This document shows, piece by piece, positions 9,780-20,196 of a DNA stretch of 64,000 nt. The stretch is taken from positions 116,566-180,565 of IMG/VR virus record IMGVR_UViG_3300048694_001005. One strand, written 5' to 3'. How positions within the stretch are numbered: the first letter of the stretch is position 1; every line of letters starts with the position of its first letter. The position numbers and the translations under genes were made by a program. The notes under the pieces are model-generated. The model was not told the DNA's origin. It saw nothing but the letters and a program-made list of their open reading frames with translations, and ran no database searches. The stretch comes from a virus.

Positions 9780-12439
9780 TGAGTTACGTTGATGCTTACC
9801 TAAACAAAGAAGAAGATCGTATATATGTAGTAGAACGCATAGATGGCAAAAGGATATTTACTGAATATCCTGCCGAATATAGGTTCTACTACGATGATCC
9901 ACGTGGAAAATTTCAAACTATCTATGGCACGCCGGTAAGCAGGTTCACAACACGTAACAGCAAAGAGTTCCATAAAGAGCTGCGCATTAACAGCAATAAT
10001 CGTATTTGGGAAGGTGACATCAATCCCGTATTGCGATGCCTAAGTGAGAACTATCTTAACGCAGCAGCACCACAATTACAAACCGCGTTTTTTGATATTG
10101 AAGTCGCGTTTGATCAGGATCGCGGCTTTAGTTCGCCCACAGATCCGTTCAATCCCATCACTGCAATCAGTGTGTATTTGGATTGGTTGGATCAGTTAAT
10201 CACACTGGTCATACCGCCCAATCATATTAGTGATGAATCTGCGGCTGAAATAGCCAACAAGTTTGAAAACTGTTTGGTTTTTAGGTCTGAGGCGGATCTA
10301 CTTAATACGTTCTTGGAAATAATTGATGATGCTGACATACTGAGCGGCTGGAACAGTGAAGGCTATGATATTCCCTACACTGTTAACAGAACTGTGCGCG
10401 TATTAAGCAAAAACGATATACGACGATTCTGTTTATGGGATCAAAATCCACGCAAGCGAACCTTTGAACGATTTGGTAACGAAGAAACTACCTTTGACTT
10501 GATTGGTCGTGTGCATTTGGACTACATGCAGCTATATCGCAACTATACCTATCATGAAATGCATAGTTATAGCTTGGATGCTATTTCGGAATATGAGCTA
10601 GGTGAGAAAAAGGTAGCTTATGAAGGCACACTGGATCAGTTATACAACAAAGACTTTCAAAAGTTCATAGACTATAACCGCCAGGATACCATGTTGCTGG
10701 CTAAACTAGACAAGAAGCTGAGATTTATTGATCTCAGTAATGAACTGGCACATGAAAACACGGTGTTGTTGGCAAAAACCATGAGCGCAGTGGCACTGAC
10801 TGAGCAAGCAATTATCAATGAAGCACATGCTCAGGGTTTAATTATTCCAAACCGCAAAGAATATGCCACAGATGACAATAGACCTGCTGCGGGTGCGTAT
10901 GTTGCATATCCCAAAAAGGGTATGCATGAGTGGATTGGTGCAATAGATATTAACTCACTGTATCCTTCGGCTATTCGCGCATTAAACATGGCTCCAGAAA
11001 CTATTGTGGGACAATTACGACCCATAATGACTGATAACTATATTCAGGAAAAGATCGATGGCGGCGCGCATTTTGCAGCAGCATGGGAAGGCTTGTTTGG
11101 TAGTTTGGAATATTCGGCCGTAATGAACCAGGAGCGCGGTACTGAGATTACTGTAGACTGGGAATCTGGTGACAGCACTACACACAGCGCAGCAGAATTG
11201 TGGCGACTGATCTTTGACAGTCACAATAAATGGACCCTAAGTGCGAATGGTACTATCTTTAGTTATGAACGTGATGGTATTGTACCGGGATTATTGGCGC
11301 GTTGGTATGCAGAACGTAAAGAACTACAGGCCAAAAAGAAAGATGCTACAGATAAAGCTGAAATAGCGTTTTGGGACAAGCGCCAGCTAGTAAAAAAGAT
11401 TAACCTAAACAGTTTGTATGGTGCCATTTTGAATCCAGGCTGTAGGTTCTTTGATGCCCGCATTGGACAAAGCACCACGCTAACAGGTCGTCAAGTAGTT
11501 AAACACATGAACGCCAAAATCAATGAGTTGGTGGCTGGCGAATATAACCACGTGGGTGTAAGTAATATCTACGCTGACACTGATAGTGCGTATTTTAGCA
11601 TTTGGCCTGTTATCAAAGAATCAGTTGAACGCGGTGACATGGTCTGGAATAAAGATGCTTGTGTTGAACTTTATGATGCCATAGCAGAGCAGGTTAACGA
11701 AAGCTTTCCAGCATTTATGGAACAGAACTTCCACTGCCCACGACGTTTAGGTGAGCTGATACGTGGTGGTCGCGAACTAATCGCTAGCAAGGGGCTATAT
11801 ATCACCAAGAAACGTTATGCGGTATTGATATATGACTTAGAAGGCAAGCGACTGGATGTCAATGGTGAGCAAGGTAAAACTAAAGCCATGGGACTGGACC
11901 TTAAACGCAGCGATACGCCAAAAATTGTGCAGGATTTCCTAAGCAAAGTATTGATGGAAGTGTTAACTGGTGCAGATCGCGAACAAGTAATAGACATGAT
12001 CAAGGAGTTTAAGGCTAAGTTTTCCGATCTTCCTGCCTGGCAAATGGGAACACCAAAACGTGTGAACAATTTAACCAAATTTACACGTGAAGAAGAACGA
12101 CTGGGCAAAGCAAATATGCCAGGGCATGTTCGAGCAGCTATGAACTGGAACAATTTGCGAAGAATGCATGGTGATAATCACAGCATGAAGATCACTGATG
12201 GCATGAAGACCATTGTTTGTAAGCTCAAAAATAATCCCTTGGGTTTAACAAGTGTGGGCTATCCTATTGATCAGCTAAACTTGCCAGAGTGGTACAAAGA
12301 GCTGCCTTTTGACAATGCGGAAATGGAAGATACTATCGTGGATCAAAAGATTGACAATCTTTTGGGCATATTGGACTGGAATCTACGTGATGCTACCACA
12401 ACTAAAACAAAAATTAACGATCTATTCAGCTTCGAATGA
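9779..12439 (+). CDS. gp43: Family B DNA polymerase (gp43-like)
   Basis: ExoI FFDIE, ExoII GWNSEGYDIPY, ExoIII YNRQD; motifs DINSLYPS, KINLNSLYG, YADTDS. Confidence 0.97.
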   Translation: MSYVDAYLNKEEDRIYVVERIDGKRIFTEYPAEYRFYYDDPRGKFQTIYGTPVSRFTTRNSKEFHKELRINSNNRIWEGDINPVLRCLSENYLNAAAPQLQTAFFDIEVAFDQDRGFSSPTDPFNPITAISVYLDWLDQLITLVIPPNHISDESAAEIANKFENCLVFRSEADLLNTFLEIIDDADILSGWNSEGYDIPYTVNRTVRVLSKNDIRRFCLWDQNPRKRTFERFGNEETTFDLIGRVHLDYMQLYRNYTYHEMHSYSLDAISEYELGEKKVAYEGTLDQLYNKDFQKFIDYNRQDTMLLAKLDKKLRFIDLSNELAHENTVLLAKTMSAVALTEQAIINEAHAQGLIIPNRKEYATDDNRPAAGAYVAYPKKGMHEWIGAIDINSLYPSAIRALNMAPETIVGQLRPIMTDNYIQEKIDGGAHFAAAWEGLFGSLEYSAVMNQERGTEITVDWESGDSTTHSAAELWRLIFDSHNKWTLSANGTIFSYERDGIVPGLLARWYAERKELQAKKKDATDKAEIAFWDKRQLVKKINLNSLYGAILNPGCRFFDARIGQSTTLTGRQVVKHMNAKINELVAGEYNHVGVSNIYADTDSAYFSIWPVIKESVERGDMVWNKDACVELYDAIAEQVNESFPAFMEQNFHCPRRLGELIRGGRELIASKGLYITKKRYAVLIYDLEGKRLDVNGEQGKTKAMGLDLKRSDTPKIVQDFLSKVLMEVLTGADREQVIDMIKEFKAKFSDLPAWQMGTPKRVNNLTKFTREEERLGKANMPGHVRAAMNWNNLRRMHGDNHSMKITDGMKTIVCKLKNNPLGLTSVGYPIDQLNLPEWYKELPFDNAEMEDTIVDQKIDNLLGILDWNLRDATTTKTKINDLFSFE

Positions 12440-13482
12440 CAATACAAATAAAAGACGCACAATTAAGGCAGCTGATTGAAACCGAGACAGAAATTAGTCG
12501 TATAATGGCCAAATTTCCAGTAATAACCACAAATGCTAGGCACGAATTTAGTGAGATGCTTGGTCAATTACATGATATATCTCCAGTCGCTCTTAAAAAA
12601 GAATTATACCCTATGCAAGGTCGCATAGATGAAATTTTCCATCTATCCGGCCAATTGCATTACGACTATAATGAGTTTTTACAGAAACTAAAAGCGGAAA
12701 TAAAGAGAATTAAATCAGAAAAACAGCTTTTGTTAGCGAAAAATCTCAATATTAAATCGAAATCTTTTACCAACTACCCACTATCTGGCGACCTAGACCC
12801 AAATACAGATAATGAATTGACTTTATTTTTACAAGGCTTATTGGACTACAATGTAAGTTTTAAATTTCCTGGTTTAATATTAGGAGGTGAAGTAGACCAA
12901 TGTCTAAATACTATGGTAGCTAATGATCCTTTGTATACCTGCGTAAATAATTCTAAAATGGAAAAATATCAAACCATGTTAAACAATGACTTTTATTTTT
13001 CCAAACGACTAAGAAAATATAATTATGACAACTTCAGTTTAGAAAGCTTGGACGCTTTACCTAAAGGACAGTTTGGGCTAATTGTTGCAACTGGTCATAT
13101 TGACATGTTGCCACGATATAATATACAAGCGTATATGACACAGATAGGTCAACTGTTGCGTCTGGGTGGTACTTTTATTTTTAGTTTCTTTGATATTGAT
13201 ATTTTAAAAGCTGCCGAGGCTATGGAATTGCATTTAATTAATGAAAATATCAAGCATCAAGCAGCTATCAACAGCGACCCTATTTGGTGGCATAAATTAG
13301 AACCATATCCCAGTTGTTTAACACTACATGACTATCTACCCATTATCAATTCTACTCAAATGAGGTTCATTAGTTACAATCAATTTGCATATCACAGTAT
13401 CGTAGTATGCAAAAGACTGGGCGATATTCAAACTATAAAATTATCACAGAATTTAGGCGAAATAAAATCTACACAAGACTAG
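12436..13482 (+). CDS. Hypothetical protein, possible degenerate SAM-methyltransferase fold
   Basis: C-terminal ...QLLRLGGTFIFSFFD resembles class I MTase post-motif region. Confidence 0.4.
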   Translation: MTIQIKDAQLRQLIETETEISRIMAKFPVITTNARHEFSEMLGQLHDISPVALKKELYPMQGRIDEIFHLSGQLHYDYNEFLQKLKAEIKRIKSEKQLLLAKNLNIKSKSFTNYPLSGDLDPNTDNELTLFLQGLLDYNVSFKFPGLILGGEVDQCLNTMVANDPLYTCVNNSKMEKYQTMLNNDFYFSKRLRKYNYDNFSLESLDALPKGQFGLIVATGHIDMLPRYNIQAYMTQIGQLLRLGGTFIFSFFDIDILKAAEAMELHLINENIKHQAAINSDPIWWHKLEPYPSCLTLHDYLPIINSTQMRFISYNQFAYHSIVVCKRLGDIQTIKLSQNLGEIKSTQD

Positions 13483-13527
13483 ATTTTTCTAAATACATGT
13501 AATACAATAATTCCATTGGAGAAAACT

Positions 13528-14262
13528 ATGAAAGACTATCTATCAGATCTAGTAGCACACACGCAGGGCTTGGGAAGTATTGGCTTTGTAAAAATCACAG
13601 GCAACACGAAAGATACAAAAATCGAAGCAGTGAGCGAAGATAAAGCAATTATTTTGCAGGGTGCTTTCAACGCGCCAATCGCAGAATTTATTGGTGTTTT
13701 TGGTATGCCAGATTTGAACAAGCTTAATATCATATTGAACATTAGTGAATATGAGGAAGATGCAGTAATCAGTGTAACTAAAAAGACAGTGGGCAGTGAT
13801 GAAGTACCCAGCGGTTTGCATTTTCAAAACAAAGCTGGTGACTTTGAGAACATTTATAGGTTCATGACTACAGATGTGGTTAACGAAAAACTTAAATTTA
13901 TCAAATTGAAGAATACGCCAAAGTGGAATATCACTTTTAATCCCAGTGTGGCTAGTATTCAGCGTTTCAAGTTTCAGAGTCAAGCGCACAGCGAGGAACC
14001 CTTGTTTACGGCCAAGACTGAAAAGAAGAACTTAGTGTTCCAGCTGGGTGATGTAAGTAGTCATGCTGGTAACTTTGTGTTTGAAAACAATTTCACTGGC
14101 AGCATTAGTAAACCCTGGAGTTATCCGGTACAGTCAGTGTTAAGCATCATGGGACTATTGGGCGACAAAACTATGATGTTCAGTGACGAAGGTCTATTGC
14201 AAATTACAGTAGATAGCGGCATTGCCAAATATAACTATATGTTGCCTCCACACACCAAATAA
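13528..14262 (+). CDS. Sliding clamp (gp45-like)
   Basis: 245 aa, beta-rich two-domain pattern, C-terminal QITVDSG..KYNY.LP; next to polymerase; ATG 13528 after GGAG. Confidence 0.6.
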   Translation: MKDYLSDLVAHTQGLGSIGFVKITGNTKDTKIEAVSEDKAIILQGAFNAPIAEFIGVFGMPDLNKLNIILNISEYEEDAVISVTKKTVGSDEVPSGLHFQNKAGDFENIYRFMTTDVVNEKLKFIKLKNTPKWNITFNPSVASIQRFKFQSQAHSEEPLFTAKTEKKNLVFQLGDVSSHAGNFVFENNFTGSISKPWSYPVQSVLSIMGLLGDKTMMFSDEGLLQITVDSGIAKYNYMLPPHTK

Positions 14263-16025
14263 TGCAAAATTTAACCAACTATCAAAGCGATTACTCGATT
14301 TTTCTGCCAGCTATGAGTGGTTTCTATACCACTTATATTGGCAGACAGCGCAGTGACCCCAATTATGTTGATGCCAATCGCATGCCCAAGGCATTTCCAC
14401 ATGGCATGGAAAGTCTCAATATTATAAATGACAAGCAAGCCATGTTTTATTATAAGTGGTTTTTGTACAGCGGTGGTCATGCCAACTTAAACATACATGA
14501 GGAAGATCCCTGCGAAGACATGATTCGCAAGCGTGATCGTAACACCAGCTTCATGTTGGCTGACTCTGGTGGCTTTCAGATAGGTAAGGGGGTATGGGCG
14601 GGTGAGTGGAATGATCCCACTGGTCCAGTAGTAGCACAACGCATGGCTGATTGTATGGCGCGAAAAACAGAAAATAGACCTGTCTTGGATAAGAATGGTA
14701 ATCCTGCTCTAGACAAGAATGGTAACCCTAAGGTTAAAGTAGTTGATCTTGTGAAGGAATATCAAGATAAACTGGATACTGTTGAGCGTCAACGTCGTTC
14801 TGTATTGGAGTGGATCGACGAATATGCGGATTACGGTATGATTTTGGACGTGCCTAGTTGGATCAGCAAAGACGCCTACGCAGTAAAGCAAACAGGTATC
14901 ACTAGTTTTGATGAAGCACTGTCAGCGACAGAATATAATAATGAATACTTTATCAAGCATAGAAAAGGCAAAGCCAAATTTCTAAACGTGCTACAGGGCA
15001 TGGACCACGGAACTGCCGATAAATGGTATGACGTGATGAAAAAATACTGTGATCCTAAACAGTATCCTGGGCGTCATTTTAATGGCTGGGCTATGGGTGG
15101 TCAGAATGGTAGTGATATTACACTCATACTTAGGCGTATAATTACTATGATGCATGATGGTTTGCTGGAACCTGGTGTGCATGATTGGATGCACTTCCTG
15201 GGAACTAGCAAGTTAGAAGTAGCATTGGTACTTACTGACATACAACGTGCGGTACGCAAATATCATAATCCAAATTTCACTATTAGTTATGACTGTGCGA
15301 GTCCCTTTTTAGCTACGGCTAATGGGCAGATCTACACAGATATTATCACTGAAAAAGATGGCAACTGGACCTATAGAATGTTACGTGGTCTAGACGATAA
15401 AAAATATGCTACCGATCAAAGAACCTATGCGGATGCGGTTATTCAGGATGACATATTTGAAAGTGGGTTCATGAGTAGCCCTATTACAGACGCGATCAAA
15501 GTGTCTGATGTATGTGTTTACAAGCCTGGTGACCTCAATAAAATTGGCAAGGAAGGTAGAACTAGCTGGGACAGCTTCAGTTATACACTGCAAATGGCAC
15601 ATAATATTTGGATGCATATCGTAGCAGTGCAGTCGGCCAATGCCAAATACGACAATAATGTTATACCAAAAATGTTAATTGACATGGAGGTAGAACGGAA
15701 AACCTTTCGTGATATGATTGAGCATGTTTTTGCTTTACAAGATAAAGATAAAGCTATACAATTTATCAACAGTGAAGAAAACATGACATTTTGGCAAAAA
15801 TTCAAAAGTAGTGTTGGTAATACCGGCAAAAATACGCATAATGCCGGTCCAGAGTACAACAAAAAATTTGAAGCTCAAGGTAACATTAAAATGGAAAAAT
15901 TGATGAAATCTGTAAGTAAAGTAATCAACACTGGACATCTTGATGTTCAAACAAACTATGAGACTAAAAAAACTGCCAAAAAACCACTCACCACAATTAA
16001 CAGCAGTATCGTAGAGGTAATGTAA
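14262..16025 (+). CDS. dpdA: 7-deazaguanine DNA transglycosylase (TGT-like DpdA family)
   Basis: TGT motifs ADSGGFQ, LDVP, LNVLQG, GWAMGG, HFLGTS, SYDCASP; clustered with folE/queD/queE. Confidence 0.8.
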   Translation: MQNLTNYQSDYSIFLPAMSGFYTTYIGRQRSDPNYVDANRMPKAFPHGMESLNIINDKQAMFYYKWFLYSGGHANLNIHEEDPCEDMIRKRDRNTSFMLADSGGFQIGKGVWAGEWNDPTGPVVAQRMADCMARKTENRPVLDKNGNPALDKNGNPKVKVVDLVKEYQDKLDTVERQRRSVLEWIDEYADYGMILDVPSWISKDAYAVKQTGITSFDEALSATEYNNEYFIKHRKGKAKFLNVLQGMDHGTADKWYDVMKKYCDPKQYPGRHFNGWAMGGQNGSDITLILRRIITMMHDGLLEPGVHDWMHFLGTSKLEVALVLTDIQRAVRKYHNPNFTISYDCASPFLATANGQIYTDIITEKDGNWTYRMLRGLDDKKYATDQRTYADAVIQDDIFESGFMSSPITDAIKVSDVCVYKPGDLNKIGKEGRTSWDSFSYTLQMAHNIWMHIVAVQSANAKYDNNVIPKMLIDMEVERKTFRDMIEHVFALQDKDKAIQFINSEENMTFWQKFKSSVGNTGKNTHNAGPEYNKKFEAQGNIKMEKLMKSVSKVINTGHLDVQTNYETKKTAKKPLTTINSSIVEVM

Positions 16026-16492
16026 TGTCGGATAAGATTGTAAGCATACTTGAGCAACGCAGGCAAGCGTTGCTGGAACGTGCGTCTAAAACCAAAGATA
16101 TCGCGGAACGTATGATATGGGTCACCTTCCGAAAGGAGGGTATTCACCAATATCCCGCGGCCTCCACTGATCCCGGCCTAGCAGATGTAAATTTTTTGGG
16201 TTATCCGCATAGACACATATTTCATTTTACTGTTTGGATTACAGTATGGCACAATGATCGTGACCTTGAATTCATACAATTCAAGCGTTGGTTAGAATCA
16301 CTATATGGTGATGGCATACTGGACCTAAATAATCAGAGTTGCGAAATGATGTCTGACGCACTCTATGACAAGATCACAGAACGATATCCAGATCGCAATA
16401 TTTGGATTGAAGTCAGTGAAGATGGTGAAAACGGCTGTTTAATCAAATATAAATTGCCGGAAGCACCTGTTAATCAACCTAAATATCGTTAA
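16025..16492 (+). CDS. QueD-like T-fold protein (paralog; possibly DpdL-type)
   Basis: EGIH..., HRHIFHF, EFIQFKR, SCEM, EVSEDGENG; distinct from the canonical queD at 21326. Confidence 0.65.
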   Translation: MSDKIVSILEQRRQALLERASKTKDIAERMIWVTFRKEGIHQYPAASTDPGLADVNFLGYPHRHIFHFTVWITVWHNDRDLEFIQFKRWLESLYGDGILDLNNQSCEMMSDALYDKITERYPDRNIWIEVSEDGENGCLIKYKLPEAPVNQPKYR

Positions 16493-16512
16493 TCAACTAA
16501 AGGAAACAAAAA

Positions 16513-16695
16513 ATGGCACAACCTGCTTGGCTCAAAAAATACCTCACCATGAAACCCGAGGTCGTTAAACTCTTCGAAACCATCGAAGCCTATCATGATT
16601 ACTGTAGGTTTGAATTGTTGCCGTTCGACCCTGCAGCCGTAAACAATAAACGAAGTAAACAGTGGAAAGAGTACGTTAAAAGTTTGGAAAATTAA
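16513..16695 (+). CDS. Small hypothetical protein
   Basis: 60 aa with SD AAGGA. Confidence 0.6.
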   Translation: MAQPAWLKKYLTMKPEVVKLFETIEAYHDYCRFELLPFDPAAVNNKRSKQWKEYVKSLEN

Positions 16696-17771
16696 TGAAG
16701 ATTTATATAGTTGGCCTAGAAGCTGTAGATACTCGATACACTGGTCAATGGAAAACTCATATCCCTGAACTTTTGTCTAATCATGGATACGATTTCCGTG
16801 TTATATCTGGATCAGAAGATATACCTACTGCTACTACACCCGGTGCTTTTTTAAACTTTGGTGGTACCAATGTTTACAAATCTACACAGGTTGAAGCTAT
16901 TGCTAGGCTCTTCTGTGCTGGACATGTAAAACCTGGTGATCACTTTATCTTTACTGATGCGTGGCACCCCGGTATCATTAATCTCAAATACATGAGTGAG
17001 CTATTGGGTACAAAAGTAGTCATTCATGCCTTGTGGCATGCGGGGTCATACGATCCACAGGACTTTTTGGGTAGACTAATTGGTGATGAACCCTGGGTTA
17101 GACACGCTGAAAAAAGTTTCTTCCATGCTATCGATCATAACTATTTTGCAACACAGTTTCATATTGATATGTTTTTTGAAAACTTACTTGAAGCCAATTT
17201 CAACACAGGATTCAATGTTGCAGACAAAATAGTTCGTACTGGTTGGCCCATGGAATATATGCCCAGCATCTTGCAGCAGTATTCACAGATTAAGAAACGA
17301 GACTTGATCTTATTCCCACATCGTATCGCACCAGAAAAGCAAGTGAATATTTTCCGTGATCTAGCACAGCAATTACCAGAGTATGAGTTTGTGGTATGCC
17401 AGGATCAGCAATTAACCAAGGATCAATACCATAATTTGCTAGGTACTGCCAAGATTGTGTTCAGTGCTAACTTGCAAGAAACTTTGGGTATTAGTTGTTA
17501 TGAAGGCGCATTGGTAAATGCAATTCCCATGGTTCCAGATAGATTGTCCTATTCAGAAATGTATTATGATGGGTTCAAATATCCCAGTCAGTGGACTGAA
17601 CGTTGGGACTCTTATATACAACATAGGCAAGAATTGTGCCATCATATTGTAGTGACAATGACACATTACGAAAAACGTCTGCAGCAACTACAAAATCAAA
17701 CAAATGATCTCACCAATAACTTTTTTAGTGCAAATGGATTATTGGGGCAATTGGCAAAATATAAATCATAA
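16695..17771 (+). CDS. Glycosyltransferase (GT-B-like)
   Basis: ILFPHRIAPEKQ and ETLGIS.YEG..VNAIP.VP motifs of GT4-like enzymes. Confidence 0.7.
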   Translation: MKIYIVGLEAVDTRYTGQWKTHIPELLSNHGYDFRVISGSEDIPTATTPGAFLNFGGTNVYKSTQVEAIARLFCAGHVKPGDHFIFTDAWHPGIINLKYMSELLGTKVVIHALWHAGSYDPQDFLGRLIGDEPWVRHAEKSFFHAIDHNYFATQFHIDMFFENLLEANFNTGFNVADKIVRTGWPMEYMPSILQQYSQIKKRDLILFPHRIAPEKQVNIFRDLAQQLPEYEFVVCQDQQLTKDQYHNLLGTAKIVFSANLQETLGISCYEGALVNAIPMVPDRLSYSEMYYDGFKYPSQWTERWDSYIQHRQELCHHIVVTMTHYEKRLQQLQNQTNDLTNNFFSANGLLGQLAKYKS

Positions 17772-17822
17772 AGCCTTGCGTCCACGATCTAAATAAAGTA
17801 ACATACAGTCTAAGGAGAATAT

Positions 17823-18500
17823 ATGGAAAACAAAAAAATTTCTGATGCAATACGACAAAGAATTAAGGAGGCTGGCGCATCATTTAATTGCAATGACAAT
17901 ATCAGTCGTTACGTCAAACGTGGTGAGCTTGATCGTTTGACTGCAGAAGTTGAGGCTAATTTACAAGCGGTATTGGACAGCTTGGTAATTGATACAGCAA
18001 ACGATCACAATACTCAGGAAACAGCACATAGAGTAGCAAAGATGTTTGTGCATGAGATCTTTGGCGGGCGTTATCAGCCGCAGCCTAAGATTACTGCGTT
18101 CCCAAACGTGACCGCATACGATCAACTTTATGTAACAGGACCAATTACAGTACGTAGCACATGTGCTCATCACATGATGCCTATTGTTGGTAAAGCATAT
18201 ATTGGCGTTTTTCCTGGTAAGAACGTAATTGGTCTAAGTAAGTTTAATCGTATTGCTGATTGGATTGCCAGTAGACCACAGATCCAGGAAGAAATGACCG
18301 TGCAGCTGGCCAATGAGGTTGAACGCGTCACAGAAGCCGAAGGTATCGCAGTGTTGGTACAAGCTGAACATTTTTGCTTAACGCATAGAGGAGTTCGCGA
18401 GCACGATAGCGATATGTCTACCAGTATTGTGCGTGGAATATTGCGCGAAGAACCAGCACTTAAACAGGAATTTTTCAGTATCGTTGGGAGAATGAAATAA
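17823..18500 (+). CDS. folE: GTP cyclohydrolase I
   Basis: STCAHHMMP, GLSKFNR, QIQE, HFC...RG Zn/GTP motifs. Confidence 0.95.
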   Translation: MENKKISDAIRQRIKEAGASFNCNDNISRYVKRGELDRLTAEVEANLQAVLDSLVIDTANDHNTQETAHRVAKMFVHEIFGGRYQPQPKITAFPNVTAYDQLYVTGPITVRSTCAHHMMPIVGKAYIGVFPGKNVIGLSKFNRIADWIASRPQIQEEMTVQLANEVERVTEAEGIAVLVQAEHFCLTHRGVREHDSDMSTSIVRGILREEPALKQEFFSIVGRMK

Positions 18501-18501
18501 C

Positions 18502-19062
18502 ATGACTGCCATGGTTCAAATTGGCTACCAAGAATATGTGGGATTGACTGCTGATCTATGCAGGCAAATCGCTAATACAACTTGGCGACCTGACTATATC
18601 GTAGGTATTGCACGTGGTGGGTTAATTCCTGCTGTTTACATGAGTCAATACTTTGATGTGCCCATGCATAGTCTCAAGGTCAGCTTACGCCACGGCGCTG
18701 AAGATACCGAAAGCAATCTTTGGATGGCCGAAGATGCTTTTGGTTATGTGGACAAGGAAGAACGCGGCGATGAAGTAACGTGGAGCGATATAGAACGTCG
18801 CAAAAATATATTGATCGTAGATGATATAAACGACACTGGTGCAACGTTTAACTGGATACGTGACGACTGGCAATCTGGTTGTTTGGGTGCAAGGGCCCAG
18901 GACATTTGGAATGGTATTTGGGGCGGCAACGTAAGATTTGCAGTGTTGGTTAATAATGAAGCAAGCAGTTTTAAGGACATTAACTTCTCGGCTAGAACTG
19001 TAAATAAAGCTGATGATCCACAATGGCTAGTCTTTCCCTGGGAAGATTGGTGGAAAAATTAA
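18502..19062 (+). CDS. Type I phosphoribosyltransferase (xanthine/guanine PRT-like)
   Basis: IVGIARGGLIPA and ILIVDDINDTGAT PRPP-binding loop. Confidence 0.85.
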   Translation: MTAMVQIGYQEYVGLTADLCRQIANTTWRPDYIVGIARGGLIPAVYMSQYFDVPMHSLKVSLRHGAEDTESNLWMAEDAFGYVDKEERGDEVTWSDIERRKNILIVDDINDTGATFNWIRDDWQSGCLGARAQDIWNGIWGGNVRFAVLVNNEASSFKDINFSARTVNKADDPQWLVFPWEDWWKN

Positions 19063-19074
19063 AAGGACATAAAC

Positions 19075-19491
19075 ATGGCTATTTGGAAAATCACAAACCT
19101 TGAAAAGAAAAATGCAGTAGAAAGACAGTTTTGGACTCGAGAAGGAAAAACTATAACTAGGGAAGATGGTTTTAGATGGGGTATTTGGACCTGCGAAAGC
19201 GAATCTAAACCCGATATCAATTTGGATAATCCTGATGGTTACCAAGTAGGTTTTGGTGAGTGTGATTGGGAAATGGAAGAGATGCAGGATGGGTGTTGGA
19301 GTGACATCACATACCCAGAAGATATGACGGACGAAGAACAAGAAGCATGGCAGACAGCATGGGACGAAGACTTTTTTGAAGGTGTAGAAAAATTGGGATG
19401 GATTAATGATGAAACAGAATATTGGATATATGGTCCCATACAATTGACAAATGAAGATACCGGAGAAACTTATGATGGACAGTCAAATTAA
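19075..19491 (+). CDS. Hypothetical acidic protein
   Basis: 138 aa with SD AAGGA. Confidence 0.6.
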   Translation: MAIWKITNLEKKNAVERQFWTREGKTITREDGFRWGIWTCESESKPDINLDNPDGYQVGFGECDWEMEEMQDGCWSDITYPEDMTDEEQEAWQTAWDEDFFEGVEKLGWINDETEYWIYGPIQLTNEDTGETYDGQSN

Positions 19492-19762
19492 AAAGATTAA
19501 TGAAATCTTAACAATCACACAGGAAGAATGTGCAGAAGTTATTCAAGTCATAAGTAAAATACATCGCTTTGGTATTGGACATGAGCATGTTAGTAGTCAT
19601 CGTGGAATCACTAATACAGAAAAGCTGGAAGAAGAAGTTGGTGATTTACTGGCTATGATTGATCTGTTAATTGAGAATAAGATCCTGGCTACTGACAAAC
19701 TAAACGAAGCCAAACAGAAAAAGATTGAAAAATTGCATGTTTGGTCAGATATTTTTAAATGA
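19472..19762 (+). CDS. MazG-like nucleotide pyrophosphohydrolase
   Basis: EECAEVIQ ... EEEVGDLL motif. Confidence 0.7.
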   Translation: MMDSQIKKINEILTITQEECAEVIQVISKIHRFGIGHEHVSSHRGITNTEKLEEEVGDLLAMIDLLIENKILATDKLNEAKQKKIEKLHVWSDIFK

Positions 19763-20196
19763 TTGTATTTTGGTTTTTCTTATGGACACTATGCCTATAT
19801 TTCGTACATAGATTGGCACATGCTATCCCATTCATACAGACTATACATAACGATCATCATGCCTTTATAGCAAACAATACTCCACCTGTGTGGCAGTGGA
19901 ACAATTTGCTTTTGTTCAATGATACCTGGCTAAGTACATTGGATCTCTGGCTTACCGAAGTGTTACCTACGATTATCTTTGCTTGGTTAACAGGACAGTG
20001 GTGGATTATGGTATTTTATTATTTTTGGGCCGCGCTGTTGCAAGAAAGAATAGAACACAATCCACAATTTGATATCTTTCCAATATTACCTAGTGGATGC
20101 TGGCATTTGTTGCATCATGATAATTGCAGGGTTAACTTTGGTCCTTTCGTTGTAATATGGGATATAATTTTTGGGACTTACAAATGCTCGCAATAG
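19759..20196 (+). CDS. Fatty acid hydroxylase/sterol desaturase family membrane protein
   Basis: His boxes HRLAH, HNDHH, HLLHH; hydrophobic. Confidence 0.7.
   Translation: MIVFWFFLWTLCLYFVHRLAHAIPFIQTIHNDHHAFIANNTPPVWQWNNLLLFNDTWLSTLDLWLTEVLPTIIFAWLTGQWWIMVFYYFWAALLQERIEHNPQFDIFPILPSGCWHLLHHDNCRVNFGPFVVIWDIIFGTYKCSQ

Noticed and set aside
9779-12439. Intein or intron in the DNA polymerase
   Set aside because: Length (886 aa) and spacing of exonuclease and polymerase motifs leave no room; no splice-junction motifs.
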